Source: Gammaproteobacteria bacterium
GTDB taxonomy: Bacteria; Pseudomonadota; Gammaproteobacteria; GCA-001735895
Assembly: GCA_050298595.1 (NCBI GenBank)
Contig: JBNKUM010000038.1
Span: 1 to 28,726, forward strand
Direction of reading: 5' to 3'
Length of the DNA stretch: 28,726 nucleotides
Below the pieces are notes generated by a model that saw only the letters and a list, made by a program, of their open reading frames with translations, searched no databases and was not told the origin of the DNA. Positions 17,022 to 26,468 of the stretch are shown here, in pieces (positions within the stretch are counted from its first letter, which is position 1; each line of letters begins with the position of its first letter). Made by a program: the position numbers and the translations under genes.

Positions 17022-18875
17022 TTATATTCGCTCGAGCAATTGCTCAATTTGCTGCACGCTAGCCGGTCTTTGCCGATAAAAACCCTGAATCAAATCACAG
17101 CCGAACTGCAGCAATATATCCTGCTGCTGCCTGTTTTCAACACCTTCGGCAACCACACTCATACCCAGATTTTTTCCCATGGTGATTACTGTTTTTACTA
17201 ACGCCTGATCTTTTTCATCCTGTTCCAGATTCATCACAAATGAACGGTCAATCTTGAGCTTATCTATGGGTAATTTTTTCAACTGACTGAGCGATGAATA
17301 GCCGATACCAAAGTCATCCATTGCAAATGAAACACCCGTTTCACGCATCTTATTAAGTTCGGCAATCCCCTCATCACCCCGTTTCATCAGTAGCGTTTCA
17401 GTAATCTCCAACTCCAGCTTTTGTGCTGGAAACCCAGTTTCATCCAGCAGCTGGACAAGCCATTCGGCACAACCTGGTTTTAACTGAGCCACCGACAGAT
17501 TCAGTGAAATATTCGGTAGACTAAAACCCTGATTAATCCACTCGACTCCCTGTCGACAGGCTTTTGCAAAAATAACCCGGCTTAATTCGTTGATAAGTTG
17601 TGACTGTTCGGCAATTGGAATAAACTCGCCTGGCAGTAAAAAACCTCTTACAGGATGATTCCAGCGTATCAGCATTTCTAATGATTCAATGTCATTGTTG
17701 TCACCCCTGTATTGCGGCTGAAAATAGAGTTCAAATTCATCCTTTGTCAGCGCTGCGCGGATTTCCTGTTCCAGCTGTACCTTTTGCAATATCTTCTCGC
17801 CCAGCTCCTTTCTGAAGTAGTGAATTGCATTTTTACCTGAGGCCTTGGCCTGGTACATGGCGATATCCGCATTTTTCATCAATTCTGCTGACGTTGAACC
17901 ATCATCTGGATACAGACTGATGCCGATACTGAACTGCACGGTTAATTTGCGTCCATCAAACTCCATCTGCTCACTAAATTTACTCAGAATTTTTTCTGCA
18001 ATCATCTCAACTGCAAGCTTGTTTTTAAAGTTTTCCAGTATCAGTAAAAATTCATCACCACCATGACGTGCTACGATATCACCCTCACGCAGACAGCTCT
18101 TGATACACTCCATTGAGCGCAATAAAACTTTATCACCGAAATCATGACCATAGCTATCGTTAATATCCTTGAAGTTATCCATATCAATAAACATTAACGC
18201 CAGACTGTTCTGATTACGATCCGCATTGCTGATTGCATGCTGGATTTGTGAATCAATAAAAGGTCGGTTTGGTAACCCGGTCAACGCATCATGATGAGCA
18301 ATCTGCCACAATTGTTCCTGCTGCTCATTTCGATGTAGGATAATACTCACCATATTTGCACACACCTGAAGCAGGCCTTTCTGGAAGGCTGTAGGCTCAC
18401 GCACCTCAAAACTACTCAGTGCGAAGCTACCAATCGCAGAATCATCATCGTAAAAGATTGGCTGTGACCAGCAGGCAGATATCTGGTACTTCTCAGCTAC
18501 GTTTTTAATACTTCCCCATCTTTTATCCTGCAAGGTATTGCAAACGTAAGTAGCTTCACCAGTAAAAACAGCATGCCCACAGGAACCACCGTCTAATGCA
18601 GGCCTCAAACCCTGTAAATCATCTATCACAGGTTGAGGTACGCTAGGGGCTGCCTTTACAGTCAGGGCAGATTGTGATTCATCAAAAAGCATGATACTAG
18701 CCAGCGCATTGGGTACCAGAGCTTCCGCACAACGGCAGAGATCATCGAGTAAGGAGAGAGAAGGTTTCTGAGATTTTACTATTTTATCAAGAATTTGATT
18801 CTGCAGGTTAAGCAGATCATTTTGCTGGGCAATATTATCGGTTAACAGGGCAATGTCTATTGAGTGATTTGACAT
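17022..18875 (-). CDS. GAF-GGDEF-EAL c-di-GMP signalling protein
   Basis: GAF (GSCGHAVF, ACWSQPI), HDALTGLPNR, DMDNFKDINDSYGH, RxxD-x5-GGDEF, EMLIRW, LELEITE, DDFGIGYSSL, KIDRSF, VAEGVE, QGF. Confidence 0.95.
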   Translation of the reverse strand: MSNHSIDIALLTDNIAQQNDLLNLQNQILDKIVKSQKPSLSLLDDLCRCAEALVPNALASIMLFDESQSALTVKAAPSVPQPVIDDLQGLRPALDGGSCGHAVFTGEATYVCNTLQDKRWGSIKNVAEKYQISACWSQPIFYDDDSAIGSFALSSFEVREPTAFQKGLLQVCANMVSIILHRNEQQEQLWQIAHHDALTGLPNRPFIDSQIQHAISNADRNQNSLALMFIDMDNFKDINDSYGHDFGDKVLLRSMECIKSCLREGDIVARHGGDEFLLILENFKNKLAVEMIAEKILSKFSEQMEFDGRKLTVQFSIGISLYPDDGSTSAELMKNADIAMYQAKASGKNAIHYFRKELGEKILQKVQLEQEIRAALTKDEFELYFQPQYRGDNNDIESLEMLIRWNHPVRGFLLPGEFIPIAEQSQLINELSRVIFAKACRQGVEWINQGFSLPNISLNLSVAQLKPGCAEWLVQLLDETGFPAQKLELEITETLLMKRGDEGIAELNKMRETGVSFAMDDFGIGYSSLSQLKKLPIDKLKIDRSFVMNLEQDEKDQALVKTVITMGKNLGMSVVAEGVENRQQQDILLQFGCDLIQGFYRQRPASVQQIEQLLERI

Positions 18876-19067
18876 AGTGCTGGCGTGTTTTCCATGGTTG
18901 GTATTTAACTATAGCAACTTGATAGCAATTTGCACTATTGGCATGAAGAGCAGTGTATGAATCAGAAAAAAAGCTCTAGCTCATAAAGTGACTCTTTAGC
19001 CTTTTCTGTCAGGTCCATAGCTTGCTACCACTTGCTGAAAAACTGTTTTGAAAATATGCCCCCCTAT

Positions 19068-19256
19068 TTATTCATCATCTCTACTAATCAATAGTGAAAT
19101 CATGCCTTCAACATCAATAGAAACATTTAGGTTTATAGGTTGGCAACAGACCAGGCAGTCTTCTATATAGCTTTGATTATCAACTGAGTCATCGATAAAT
19201 ATGGTTATATTTTCACCGCAATAAGGGCAGGAAATTTCTTTTTCTGGCAGTGTCAT
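19068..19256 (-). CDS. CPXCG motif small Cys-rich protein
   Basis: ISCPYCGE...QSYIEDCLVCCQPI. Confidence 0.9.
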   Translation of the reverse strand: MTLPEKEISCPYCGENITIFIDDSVDNQSYIEDCLVCCQPINLNVSIDVEGMISLLISRDDE

Positions 19257-19290
19257 TATTTATAAACCCATAATCAGAGAACAAGCAGGT

Positions 19291-19632
19291 TCATTTCCAT
19301 TCCACAATCTCACCCTTCTCTACAACCATTCCAGATTCCACAATATGCGTCATTACATGAACGGTGTTGATATCGATATTAAAGTAGCGGGTCAGCGCAT
19401 ATGCTAATCCTGTTTGTAATAAATTAATATCCTGTTTAGACCACATTGATGGCAGGTATAAAACGGCCATTATGTTATAGGCATTGCCGCGCTGTTCCAG
19501 GCACTGGGTTATATTGACCGTCATATGTTCGGATGACAAGCCTGATTCTGCCGCCCACAGTTCAATCAAGCTTTCGCTACTGCGAACTTTTTGATAACAA
19601 CCCTTTTGAACTAAACAATTGGCTACAGGCAT
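19291..19632 (-). CDS. Hypothetical protein, possible tautomerase-superfamily fold
   Basis: Met-Pro start, two apparent beta-alpha-beta units, GMVVEKG tail. Confidence 0.6.
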   Translation of the reverse strand: MPVANCLVQKGCYQKVRSSESLIELWAAESGLSSEHMTVNITQCLEQRGNAYNIMAVLYLPSMWSKQDINLLQTGLAYALTRYFNIDINTVHVMTHIVESGMVVEKGEIVEWK

Positions 19633-19692
19633 TTTGTATTCCCATGCAAATGGCTTGTTTGACGATATAGCGTGTTTTACTTTACTCTCCTA

Positions 19693-20307
19693 TCAACGCT
19701 CAGACAATGCCAGCTTAAAGCCTAACAGTGCAAAACTAAGCGCAAATGTGCGCTGAATATATTTTGTTATTTTTGGTGAGTTAACAATAAATCGACTGGC
19801 ACTATTTGCTAGCAGTCCATATAGAATAAAAACAGTCAATGTCATCAGCATAAAGACTCCACCCAGTACTAGCATGTTGATCACAGGTACTTTTGCATTT
19901 GATGGAATAAACTGCGGTAGGAACGCGAGGAAAAAAAGTGTTAGCTTTGGATTTAGGATATTGATTAGAAATGCTTTCAGGCTGATCGATAAACCATTTA
20001 TTCCAGACTTTTCATTTTGCAGTTTTATAGCACCGGTCTCTTTCCACATTGACCATGCTAAATACAACAGATAGGCAACCCCCGCATATTTTATGATTGT
20101 GAAAGCGATAGCGCTGGTATGGATAATAACGGCTAAGCCCAGTATGCATGCAATCAGGGATGGGATTATGCCTGCTGTACATCCCAACGCTGCAAACATG
20201 CTGGCTCTGACCCCCTTAAACAATCCGGTTGACAGGGTATAGATAACACCCGTACCAGGGATCAATACCACGATTAAAGATGTGATTAGAAATTCTGAGC
20301 TTATCAT
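19693..20307 (-). CDS. LysE/RhtB family translocator
   Basis: LIPGTG, IKYAGVAYLLYLAW, NILNPK..FFLAFLPQF; GGAG RBS. Confidence 0.93.
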   Translation of the reverse strand: MISSEFLITSLIVVLIPGTGVIYTLSTGLFKGVRASMFAALGCTAGIIPSLIACILGLAVIIHTSAIAFTIIKYAGVAYLLYLAWSMWKETGAIKLQNEKSGINGLSISLKAFLINILNPKLTLFFLAFLPQFIPSNAKVPVINMLVLGGVFMLMTLTVFILYGLLANSASRFIVNSPKITKYIQRTFALSFALLGFKLALSER

Positions 20308-20358
20308 TTATTCCTCCAACTTTATTAAGAGAGCTTCTGATCAAATCGTGAACAATAG

Positions 20359-20755
20359 CTATCTATCGTGCATCAGCCAGGAAAAGGATTCTGTTACAAA
20401 CTCTCGTCCCTTTCCAAAGATACATTCTCCATGCGAGAGAATCACGTTTTCAAAATCCCAGTTCAGGATCCCCCCCCAATGAAGCTCTTGCCTGCTCTCT
20501 GCTACCAAGATAGAAGCTTAAGCGACAGTATACCGGCATTTATCCATGCGGATACAGAATGCCTGCAAATCGCGCAAGACCGCGATACCAGAAATTTAAA
20601 TTAAATCCGTTTGTAGCAGGGTTTCGACAACTTGTGATAAAAGACAATCTCTTGCATGGCGGGACTGCCACGAAATATCGTCTGTTCGACCTCCTGTTTC
20701 CATTCTTTTTCCGGCTATTCTAGCAGCGGTGCGTGAACTTCAATATCCTGGCGCT
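20359..20755 (-). pseudogene. DUF4336-family pseudogene, 5' part missing
   Basis: KRQDIEVHAPLLE*PEKEWKQEVEQTIFRGSPAMQEIVFYHKLSK, frameshift, TDLI*, then GLARFAGILYPHG*MP..RLSF..REQARASLGGILNWDFENVILSHGE..GREFVTESFSWL. Confidence 0.75.
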
Positions 20756-20817
20756 TATATTGGCTACGGATAGATTAAAAAGGATCAATGTACCAAACTG
20801 CAAAATAAGTGCCTTTT

Positions 20818-21290
20818 CTACAAATCAACCTTGACTGCTGAAGCCGCCTTCAGAGCTTTTTGTTTAGCATTTTCAATATCCGCAGCCCTGGCCAGAGCAA
20901 CACCCATACGACGTTTTCCTTTAACTTCAGGTTTTCCAAACTGGCGTATCTGGGTATCAGAATCTTCCAGTGCGGTCTCGTGATTACGGAAGTGTACAGT
21001 ATTAGAATCACCCTGCACCAGGTTAACCGCTGATGCTGAAGGACCGTGTTGCATAATGTTTGGGATAGGCCGACCTAAAATCACACGCGTGGCTCATCCC
21101 CATCAAGCATGGAAAAACTGTATGATCGATCAGCCACCTGTATTGCAGGTGCATTTTCATAACGATCACAGGCAATCACTTCACAGCCAAAACGCTGTAA
21201 CTCAATAACAACTTCCTTGCCCAGCTCGCCAGAATCACAAAAAAGAACTTTAGTTGCCGAAGATGAGGAAGGTGTACCGATGGTTAATAT
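20818..21290 (-). pseudogene. purT: Formate-dependent GAR transformylase pseudogene with large internal deletion
   Basis: N-terminus IGTP...[46 protein letters not shown] joined out of frame to C-terminus ILGRPI..GPSASAV..RQFGKPEV.GKRRMGVALA; ATP-grasp core absent. Confidence 0.9.
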
Positions 21291-21371
21291 GGGATAGGGA
21301 TAGCTTGAGGCAGATAATTCTGGGGAGAGTGTGTTCAGTTGACTGGTAAATAAAAGCGTCATTAATGAGAA

Positions 21372-21411
21372 CACACTAACCCCCAGATAGTATTATCCGG
21401 GGGTTAGTGTG
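21372..21411 (-). terminator. Strong hairpin after the CbiM-like gene
   Basis: Perfect 13-bp stem CACACTAACCCCC/GGGGGTTAGTGTG just past the stop; weak U-tract. Confidence 0.6.
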
Positions 21412-21418
21412 GTTAGCT

Positions 21419-22099
21419 TTAAATATTTGTTTGATAAAGCCTTTTATGGAAAAGACCGCTGTCTTTTAGGCCATGTAGTGACTTCGCCATTGCCAGTACA
21501 GCAAGATCGATTAATGGCTCGGCCAGGATCACGAGTGCATAGGAAGCACCAAAACTTGCAACATTAGCCATATTTTCGGCACCAAAACCCTGGCCATAAA
21601 CTGCCCAGAACGCTACCCAGGAGATAACACCACCCTGAAAAGCTGCCGACAGAGACAATGCCTGTTTATAAGTAACATCCTTATAAGCTGTATTGGCCGG
21701 AATAATACGATGCGCCAGAGCGCTGACTGCCAGTAAAGGTACCAGCAGACTGGTGACATTCATGCCATACTGTGGAAGGTCGCCCGGTGCAAAAAATACA
21801 CCCTGAGTCAACAGGCCTAAAGCAAGACCGATAGCAGCCGGCGCTGCGCCAAACATCAGAAACAATGTCGACCCAAGTATCAGATGGACCTCGGAGACAC
21901 CGACAGCATAATGTGGAAATACCTGAAAAAAGCAGAAAACTGATACTGTTGTTATCAGTGTACGTATAGCCATTGCCGATAAACCGTCCTGCTTTATCGA
22001 CTGGATTGCCAGCTTCGCTGTATAAGCCATGGCTCCTCCAGCGGTAACATATCCAAGAGTCATTTTTGCGCCTTCAACGACGCCGGGTTCTATATGCAT
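21419..22099 (-). CDS. CbiM-like ECF cobalt/nickel transporter S component, stand-alone
   Basis: N-terminal MHIEPG metal motif, VGVSEVHLILG, QG..FAP.DLPQYGMN. Confidence 0.85.
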   Translation of the reverse strand: MHIEPGVVEGAKMTLGYVTAGGAMAYTAKLAIQSIKQDGLSAMAIRTLITTVSVFCFFQVFPHYAVGVSEVHLILGSTLFLMFGAAPAAIGLALGLLTQGVFFAPGDLPQYGMNVTSLLVPLLAVSALAHRIIPANTAYKDVTYKQALSLSAAFQGGVISWVAFWAVYGQGFGAENMANVASFGASYALVILAEPLIDLAVLAMAKSLHGLKDSGLFHKRLYQTNI

Positions 22100-22476
22100 T
22101 TGTTTATCCTCATTTTATTTTCACTCAAAGTCCGCGCTACCTTCAACCGCAGTTGTGGCATCTATTGGTACAAACCCACGATGCATAAGCTATACACCGG
22201 TTGCGTGAAACTATCTAACTGGACCCGATAATTGTCCAATACCTAATTCCGATACGTTCTATAGGCGGAAACTATAGTTATCTACTCATAACCAAAAAAT
22301 CTGTCCCTTTTAAGCATCTACCTTCGCCTTCGTTTCTGTGTCGGTTGCAGGAATAAACTCCTTTCCTGTCTGACCCTGGGTATTTATGTGGATAACTTGT
22401 CGCTTTATGAATCAACCTGATTTTTTAAAACGCGTCTATTCAGTGCTGGATGGAATGCTGGCTAAAAACAGAACGT

Positions 22477-23385
22477 TCAAATTTCTGGTATATGCCTGAT
22501 TCGTTCACGGTGAAAGATATACAATCCGCTAGCAACCAGTATCGCGGCTCCAGTCCAGGTAGTGGGCAGTGGAATATCATCAAACAGTAACCAGCCCAGC
22601 AGTGTTGCAGCGATCAACTCCGAATATTGAAAAGGAGCCAGTATTGATGCATCAGCATGACGAAATGCTGAGGTAACTACCAGATGCCCAATCGCAGCCA
22701 GAAGGCCAACCAGACCCAGGCGCCACCATTGCCATGCCTCGGGCCAGGCCAGATGAAAAATTTCGTAATCAAAAGGCTGCATCACTAACACAAATAACAG
22801 GGTTAACACGCTGCCAAATATGCCGGAATAGAACTGCATGGTTAAAGGCTTGATGCCACCACCTTCACCGCTACGCGCGAGTTTTCGTGTGTACATCAGG
22901 TAGAATGCGAAACCCAGAGCAGTGAGTAGCGGCAGGAAGGTGCGCCAGCCAAATAGCTCCTGGCCCGGCTGGATGATAATGACTGCACCCGAAAAACCCA
23001 CCGCCACTGCAAGCAATCGATGCCAGCCAACGACTTCATTCAAAATCCACGGCGCTAACAGGGTGACCAGCAATGGCATCACAAAAAAGATCGCCAGCGC
23101 ATCGGCTATAGGCATTACCTGTATGGCCGTAAAGAAACACAGGGTGGCGAAAAACAGGCTGAAAGATCGCTTTATATGCAAGATCAATTCCCTGCCTTTG
23201 GGGATATATAAGGTTTTCCAAACCAGCGGCAACAGGAACAGGCTTTGAAATGCAAAACGTGCTAACACGATCAAACTGGATGCAATGCTTTCACCCATAG
23301 ACTTGGCAGCAGCATCCATCATAGGAAGAATAATACAGCCCAGAAGCATTAACTGGATACCGCGTGTTTGATTCTGATACTGCAT
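22477..23385 (-). CDS. DMT/EamA transporter
   Basis: About 10 TM; MDAAAK, LNEVVGWHR, ADASILAPFQYSEL, SGLYIFHRE. Confidence 0.93.
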   Translation of the reverse strand: MQYQNQTRGIQLMLLGCIILPMMDAAAKSMGESIASSLIVLARFAFQSLFLLPLVWKTLYIPKGRELILHIKRSFSLFFATLCFFTAIQVMPIADALAIFFVMPLLVTLLAPWILNEVVGWHRLLAVAVGFSGAVIIIQPGQELFGWRTFLPLLTALGFAFYLMYTRKLARSGEGGGIKPLTMQFYSGIFGSVLTLLFVLVMQPFDYEIFHLAWPEAWQWWRLGLVGLLAAIGHLVVTSAFRHADASILAPFQYSELIAATLLGWLLFDDIPLPTTWTGAAILVASGLYIFHRERIRHIPEI

Positions 23386-23502
23386 GCCAATAAGATTTCG
23401 GTATAATCAAAATCGGAATGTAATTCAGCGCAGCAACACAAACAAGCATTATTATTAATTTTCTATTCATTAGCACTCCGCCCCCAAAATACAGGAAATA
23501 TC

Positions 23503-24345
23503 ATGCAACAACCCGATGATGCCGACAATCGCAGATCGTCACAGCCCATTATCTGTTACCGGGTAGATAAGTTGCCCGCGCCTGATATGGACCTATATCA
23601 ACAGGCGCGTAACCAGTTGAGTAAAATCGATGAAATCATCGTTCCGCCTCGTGATGCCAAAGCCTTTACAATTCCGGCTGGACATTTTTTTCGTATCAAT
23701 AGTGTCGAAGGCCCACAGGTAGGTGACCTTAACCTGTGGAATCGACATGATTTAAACGAACGCTTTTTCAGCGGAAAAACCCGCCAGCTACACGCCAGTC
23801 ATGTTACTCGTGGTCATCGCCTGTGGAGCAACCTGCCGCATCTGCGACCACTGGCAACCATTACTTACGACAGCCTGGAATGGTATGGCTGGGATGACGA
23901 TGGTGCCGGTGTGCACGATGTCATCGGCACCCGTTGCGACCCCTATACCAATCGACTTTTGAATGCTGTGGATTACCATCACTGCTGCCATTCCAACCTG
24001 ACACGAGCGCTGGCTGATTTCACAAAAATGTCATTAGCTGAAGCAGAGACTCATGTACACGATGTGCTGAATGTATTTATGTGTACAGGTTTCACGCAGG
24101 ATACGCATCAGTATTTCATGAAAGCCAGCCCCGTAAGACCTGGAGACTGCATCGAGTTTTTTGCTGAAATCGACCTGCTTGCTGCATTGTCGACCTGCCC
24201 GGGTGGTGACTGTGGCAGCAGTCATAGTGATGACAGCACGGCCTGTTATCCTTTGCAGGTTGAGATCTTTAAATCCAGTCACCCGGACCTGAACAACTGG
24301 GACTCTCCTGCAGTGAGTGCCTATGATGGCAGTCATGGTATTTGA
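23503..24345 (+). CDS. DUF1989 (urea carboxylase-associated) family protein
   Basis: EGPQVGDLNLWN, ERFFSGKTR, HDVIGTRCDPY, CCHSNL, HDVLNVFM, LSTCPGGDC; AGGA RBS. Confidence 0.9.
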   Translation: MQQPDDADNRRSSQPIICYRVDKLPAPDMDLYQQARNQLSKIDEIIVPPRDAKAFTIPAGHFFRINSVEGPQVGDLNLWNRHDLNERFFSGKTRQLHASHVTRGHRLWSNLPHLRPLATITYDSLEWYGWDDDGAGVHDVIGTRCDPYTNRLLNAVDYHHCCHSNLTRALADFTKMSLAEAETHVHDVLNVFMCTGFTQDTHQYFMKASPVRPGDCIEFFAEIDLLAALSTCPGGDCGSSHSDDSTACYPLQVEIFKSSHPDLNNWDSPAVSAYDGSHGI

Positions 24346-24456
24346 TAATTTCTTGACTATGCTCAGCTACGCCTAAACAAATAGCGATAGCTCTAATCAC
24401 AACAGTGATCTACAGTAAACACCTCAGCATTGATATCTAGTATTGAGGATTTAACC

Positions 24457-25455
24457 ATGATGATACAAACACCATATTTATTGTTCCTCGGTGATGCCGC
24501 CGACCCTCTCGCCGCCAAGGTGGCTCAGGGTATCTGTGACTGGCGACCTGAAAATGCCTTAGGCCAGTATCGCATGCCCGGCTGTAATGCTGACCTGGGG
24601 TTGACGGATATGAGCATCAGCGATGCCGTAGCCGCTGGAGCCAAAACTCTGATTATCGGCGTGGCTAATCGCGGCGGGGTGATTTCTCAGGCCTGGATTG
24701 AGGTCCTGCAGGATGCGCTCGCTCAGGGTATGGATGTAGCAGCAGGATTACATAATAAGCTGGTCGATGTCCCCGAGCTTAAGGCAGACGCCGAGCGTCT
24801 GGGTCGCCAGCTATTCGATGTGCGCCATCCTACGCAAACCTTTGAGGTTGCTGCAGGGGTAAAACGCCCTGGCAAACGCCTGTTACCTGTGGGTACCGAT
24901 TGTTCCTGCGGCAAGATGTACACTGCCCTCGCGATAGAAAAAGAAATGCGCCAGCGCGGTATGAATGCCGATTTTCGCGCTACCGGTCAAACTGGGATAC
25001 TGATTACCGGCAGAGGCGTCTCTATCGATGCGGTAGTGGCTGATTTTATCTCCGGCGCTGTGGAGTGGCTAAGCCCGGCCAATGACCCGAACCACTGGGA
25101 TCTGGTGGAAGGACAGGGGTCACTATTCCACGCCTCTTTCGCTGGTGTCACCATGGGCCTGATCCTCGGCGCTCAGCCGGATGCACTGGTGCTCTGTCAC
25201 GAACCGACGCGTACTCACATGCGCGGGCTACCCTCCTTCCCGCTACCCAGTCTTGAAGATGCGATGGATGCTGCACTGCGAGCTGCCAGACTCACCAACC
25301 CGGATGCAAAATTTGTCGGTATTGCGGTGAATACCTCAAAAATGTCCGAACAGGAAGCCGAAGCCTACCTGCAGAAAACTGAGCACAAACATGGACTGGT
25401 GACGGTAGATCCAGTACGTCAAGGTGTGGCTCGCATCGTTGATCAGCTGGTTTAA
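24457..25455 (+). CDS. dgcN: D-glutamate N-acetyltransferase (DUF1611)
   Basis: PYLLFLGD, AAKVAQG..DWRP, GTDCSCGKMYTAL, FRATGQTG, DAVVADFISGA, EGQGSLFH; GAGG RBS before ATG 24457. Confidence 0.9.
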   Translation: MMIQTPYLLFLGDAADPLAAKVAQGICDWRPENALGQYRMPGCNADLGLTDMSISDAVAAGAKTLIIGVANRGGVISQAWIEVLQDALAQGMDVAAGLHNKLVDVPELKADAERLGRQLFDVRHPTQTFEVAAGVKRPGKRLLPVGTDCSCGKMYTALAIEKEMRQRGMNADFRATGQTGILITGRGVSIDAVVADFISGAVEWLSPANDPNHWDLVEGQGSLFHASFAGVTMGLILGAQPDALVLCHEPTRTHMRGLPSFPLPSLEDAMDAALRAARLTNPDAKFVGIAVNTSKMSEQEAEAYLQKTEHKHGLVTVDPVRQGVARIVDQLV

Positions 25456-25462
25456 TCCAGAC

Positions 25463-26443
25463 ATGATCGATCTTAAGGTCACCGCCGAATCCTGGCCGAT
25501 TCGCGGCAAGTTTACCATTTCGCGTGGCGCCAAAACCGAGGCCAGGGTGGTCGTGGTCGAGCTGCGTGATGGGCCTTTGCGTGGCCATGGAGAATGTGTT
25601 CCCTATGCACGTTATGGTGAAAGCTGCGAATCAGTCATCGCACAAATCGAAGCGCTTGCAGAAGATATATGTCAGGGCATGGATCAATATCAACTGCAAT
25701 CCCGACTAGCCGCTGGTGCAGCACGTAATGCGGTGGATTGCGCGTTGTGGGATTTACAGGCAAAGCGCAGCGGCAAACGGGTAGCGGAACTCCTCCAGCC
25801 AGGCGCGTTAAAGCCTCTAACCACTGCTTATACGCTATCACTCGATAGTCCTGAAAATATGCACCAGGCCGCTCTGGATAATGCCTTTCGCCCCCTGCTA
25901 AAACTTAAACTGGCGGGTGAGGGTGATATAGAAAGGGTTCAGGCAGTACGCTCAGCAGCACCCAATGCCCAACTCATCGTTGATGCCAATGAAGGCTGGG
26001 ATGCACAGAGTTATCAGCGCATGGTGCCTCAGTTAAAAGCACTTGGGGTATCCATGATTGAACAGCCACTACCGGCGGGAAATGACGAATTGCTGCGCTC
26101 AGTAGAAAGACCTATAACCCTCTGTGCCGATGAATCCTGCCATGCCAGCGATTCACTGGCGGACATAGTCGGCAAATACGATATGATCAATATCAAACTC
26201 GACAAAACTGGCGGATTAACCGAGGCTATTAAGCTGCGGAAGGCCGCAGAACAAGAGGGTTTACAGATTATGGTCGGTTGCATGCTGGCGACTTCCCTGG
26301 CCATGGCTCCTGCCATGTTAGTGGCACAGGATGTCGCCATTGTCGATCTTGATGGGCCATTGTTGCTGGAGCGTGACCGAAAACCCGGCCTGAAATTCAG
26401 CGACAACCTGATGTACCCTCCTGAAGCTGAATTATGGGGTTAA
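25463..26443 (+). CDS. dgcA: N-acetyl-D-Glu racemase / L-Ala-D/L-Glu epimerase (enolase superfamily)
   Basis: FTISRGAK, GECVPYARYGE, AARNAVDCALWDL, LKLKL, VDANEGW, EQP, ADES, NIKLDKTGGL, DLDG; follows dgcN. Confidence 0.9.
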   Translation: MIDLKVTAESWPIRGKFTISRGAKTEARVVVVELRDGPLRGHGECVPYARYGESCESVIAQIEALAEDICQGMDQYQLQSRLAAGAARNAVDCALWDLQAKRSGKRVAELLQPGALKPLTTAYTLSLDSPENMHQAALDNAFRPLLKLKLAGEGDIERVQAVRSAAPNAQLIVDANEGWDAQSYQRMVPQLKALGVSMIEQPLPAGNDELLRSVERPITLCADESCHASDSLADIVGKYDMINIKLDKTGGLTEAIKLRKAAEQEGLQIMVGCMLATSLAMAPAMLVAQDVAIVDLDGPLLLERDRKPGLKFSDNLMYPPEAELWG

Positions 26444-26468
26444 CTGTGAATATTCTGGAGATCAAACA

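Noticed and set aside
20818-21374. Two intact small genes or a programmed frameshift
   Set aside because: Both are PurT fragments; the catalytic core is deleted, so recoding cannot restore it.
22387-22395. DnaA box TGTGGATAA / replication origin
   Set aside because: Single box with no cluster or origin-associated genes.
23386-23502. Guanidine riboswitch upstream of DUF1989
   Set aside because: Short AT-rich spacer with no ykkC or twin ACGR hairpin motifs.
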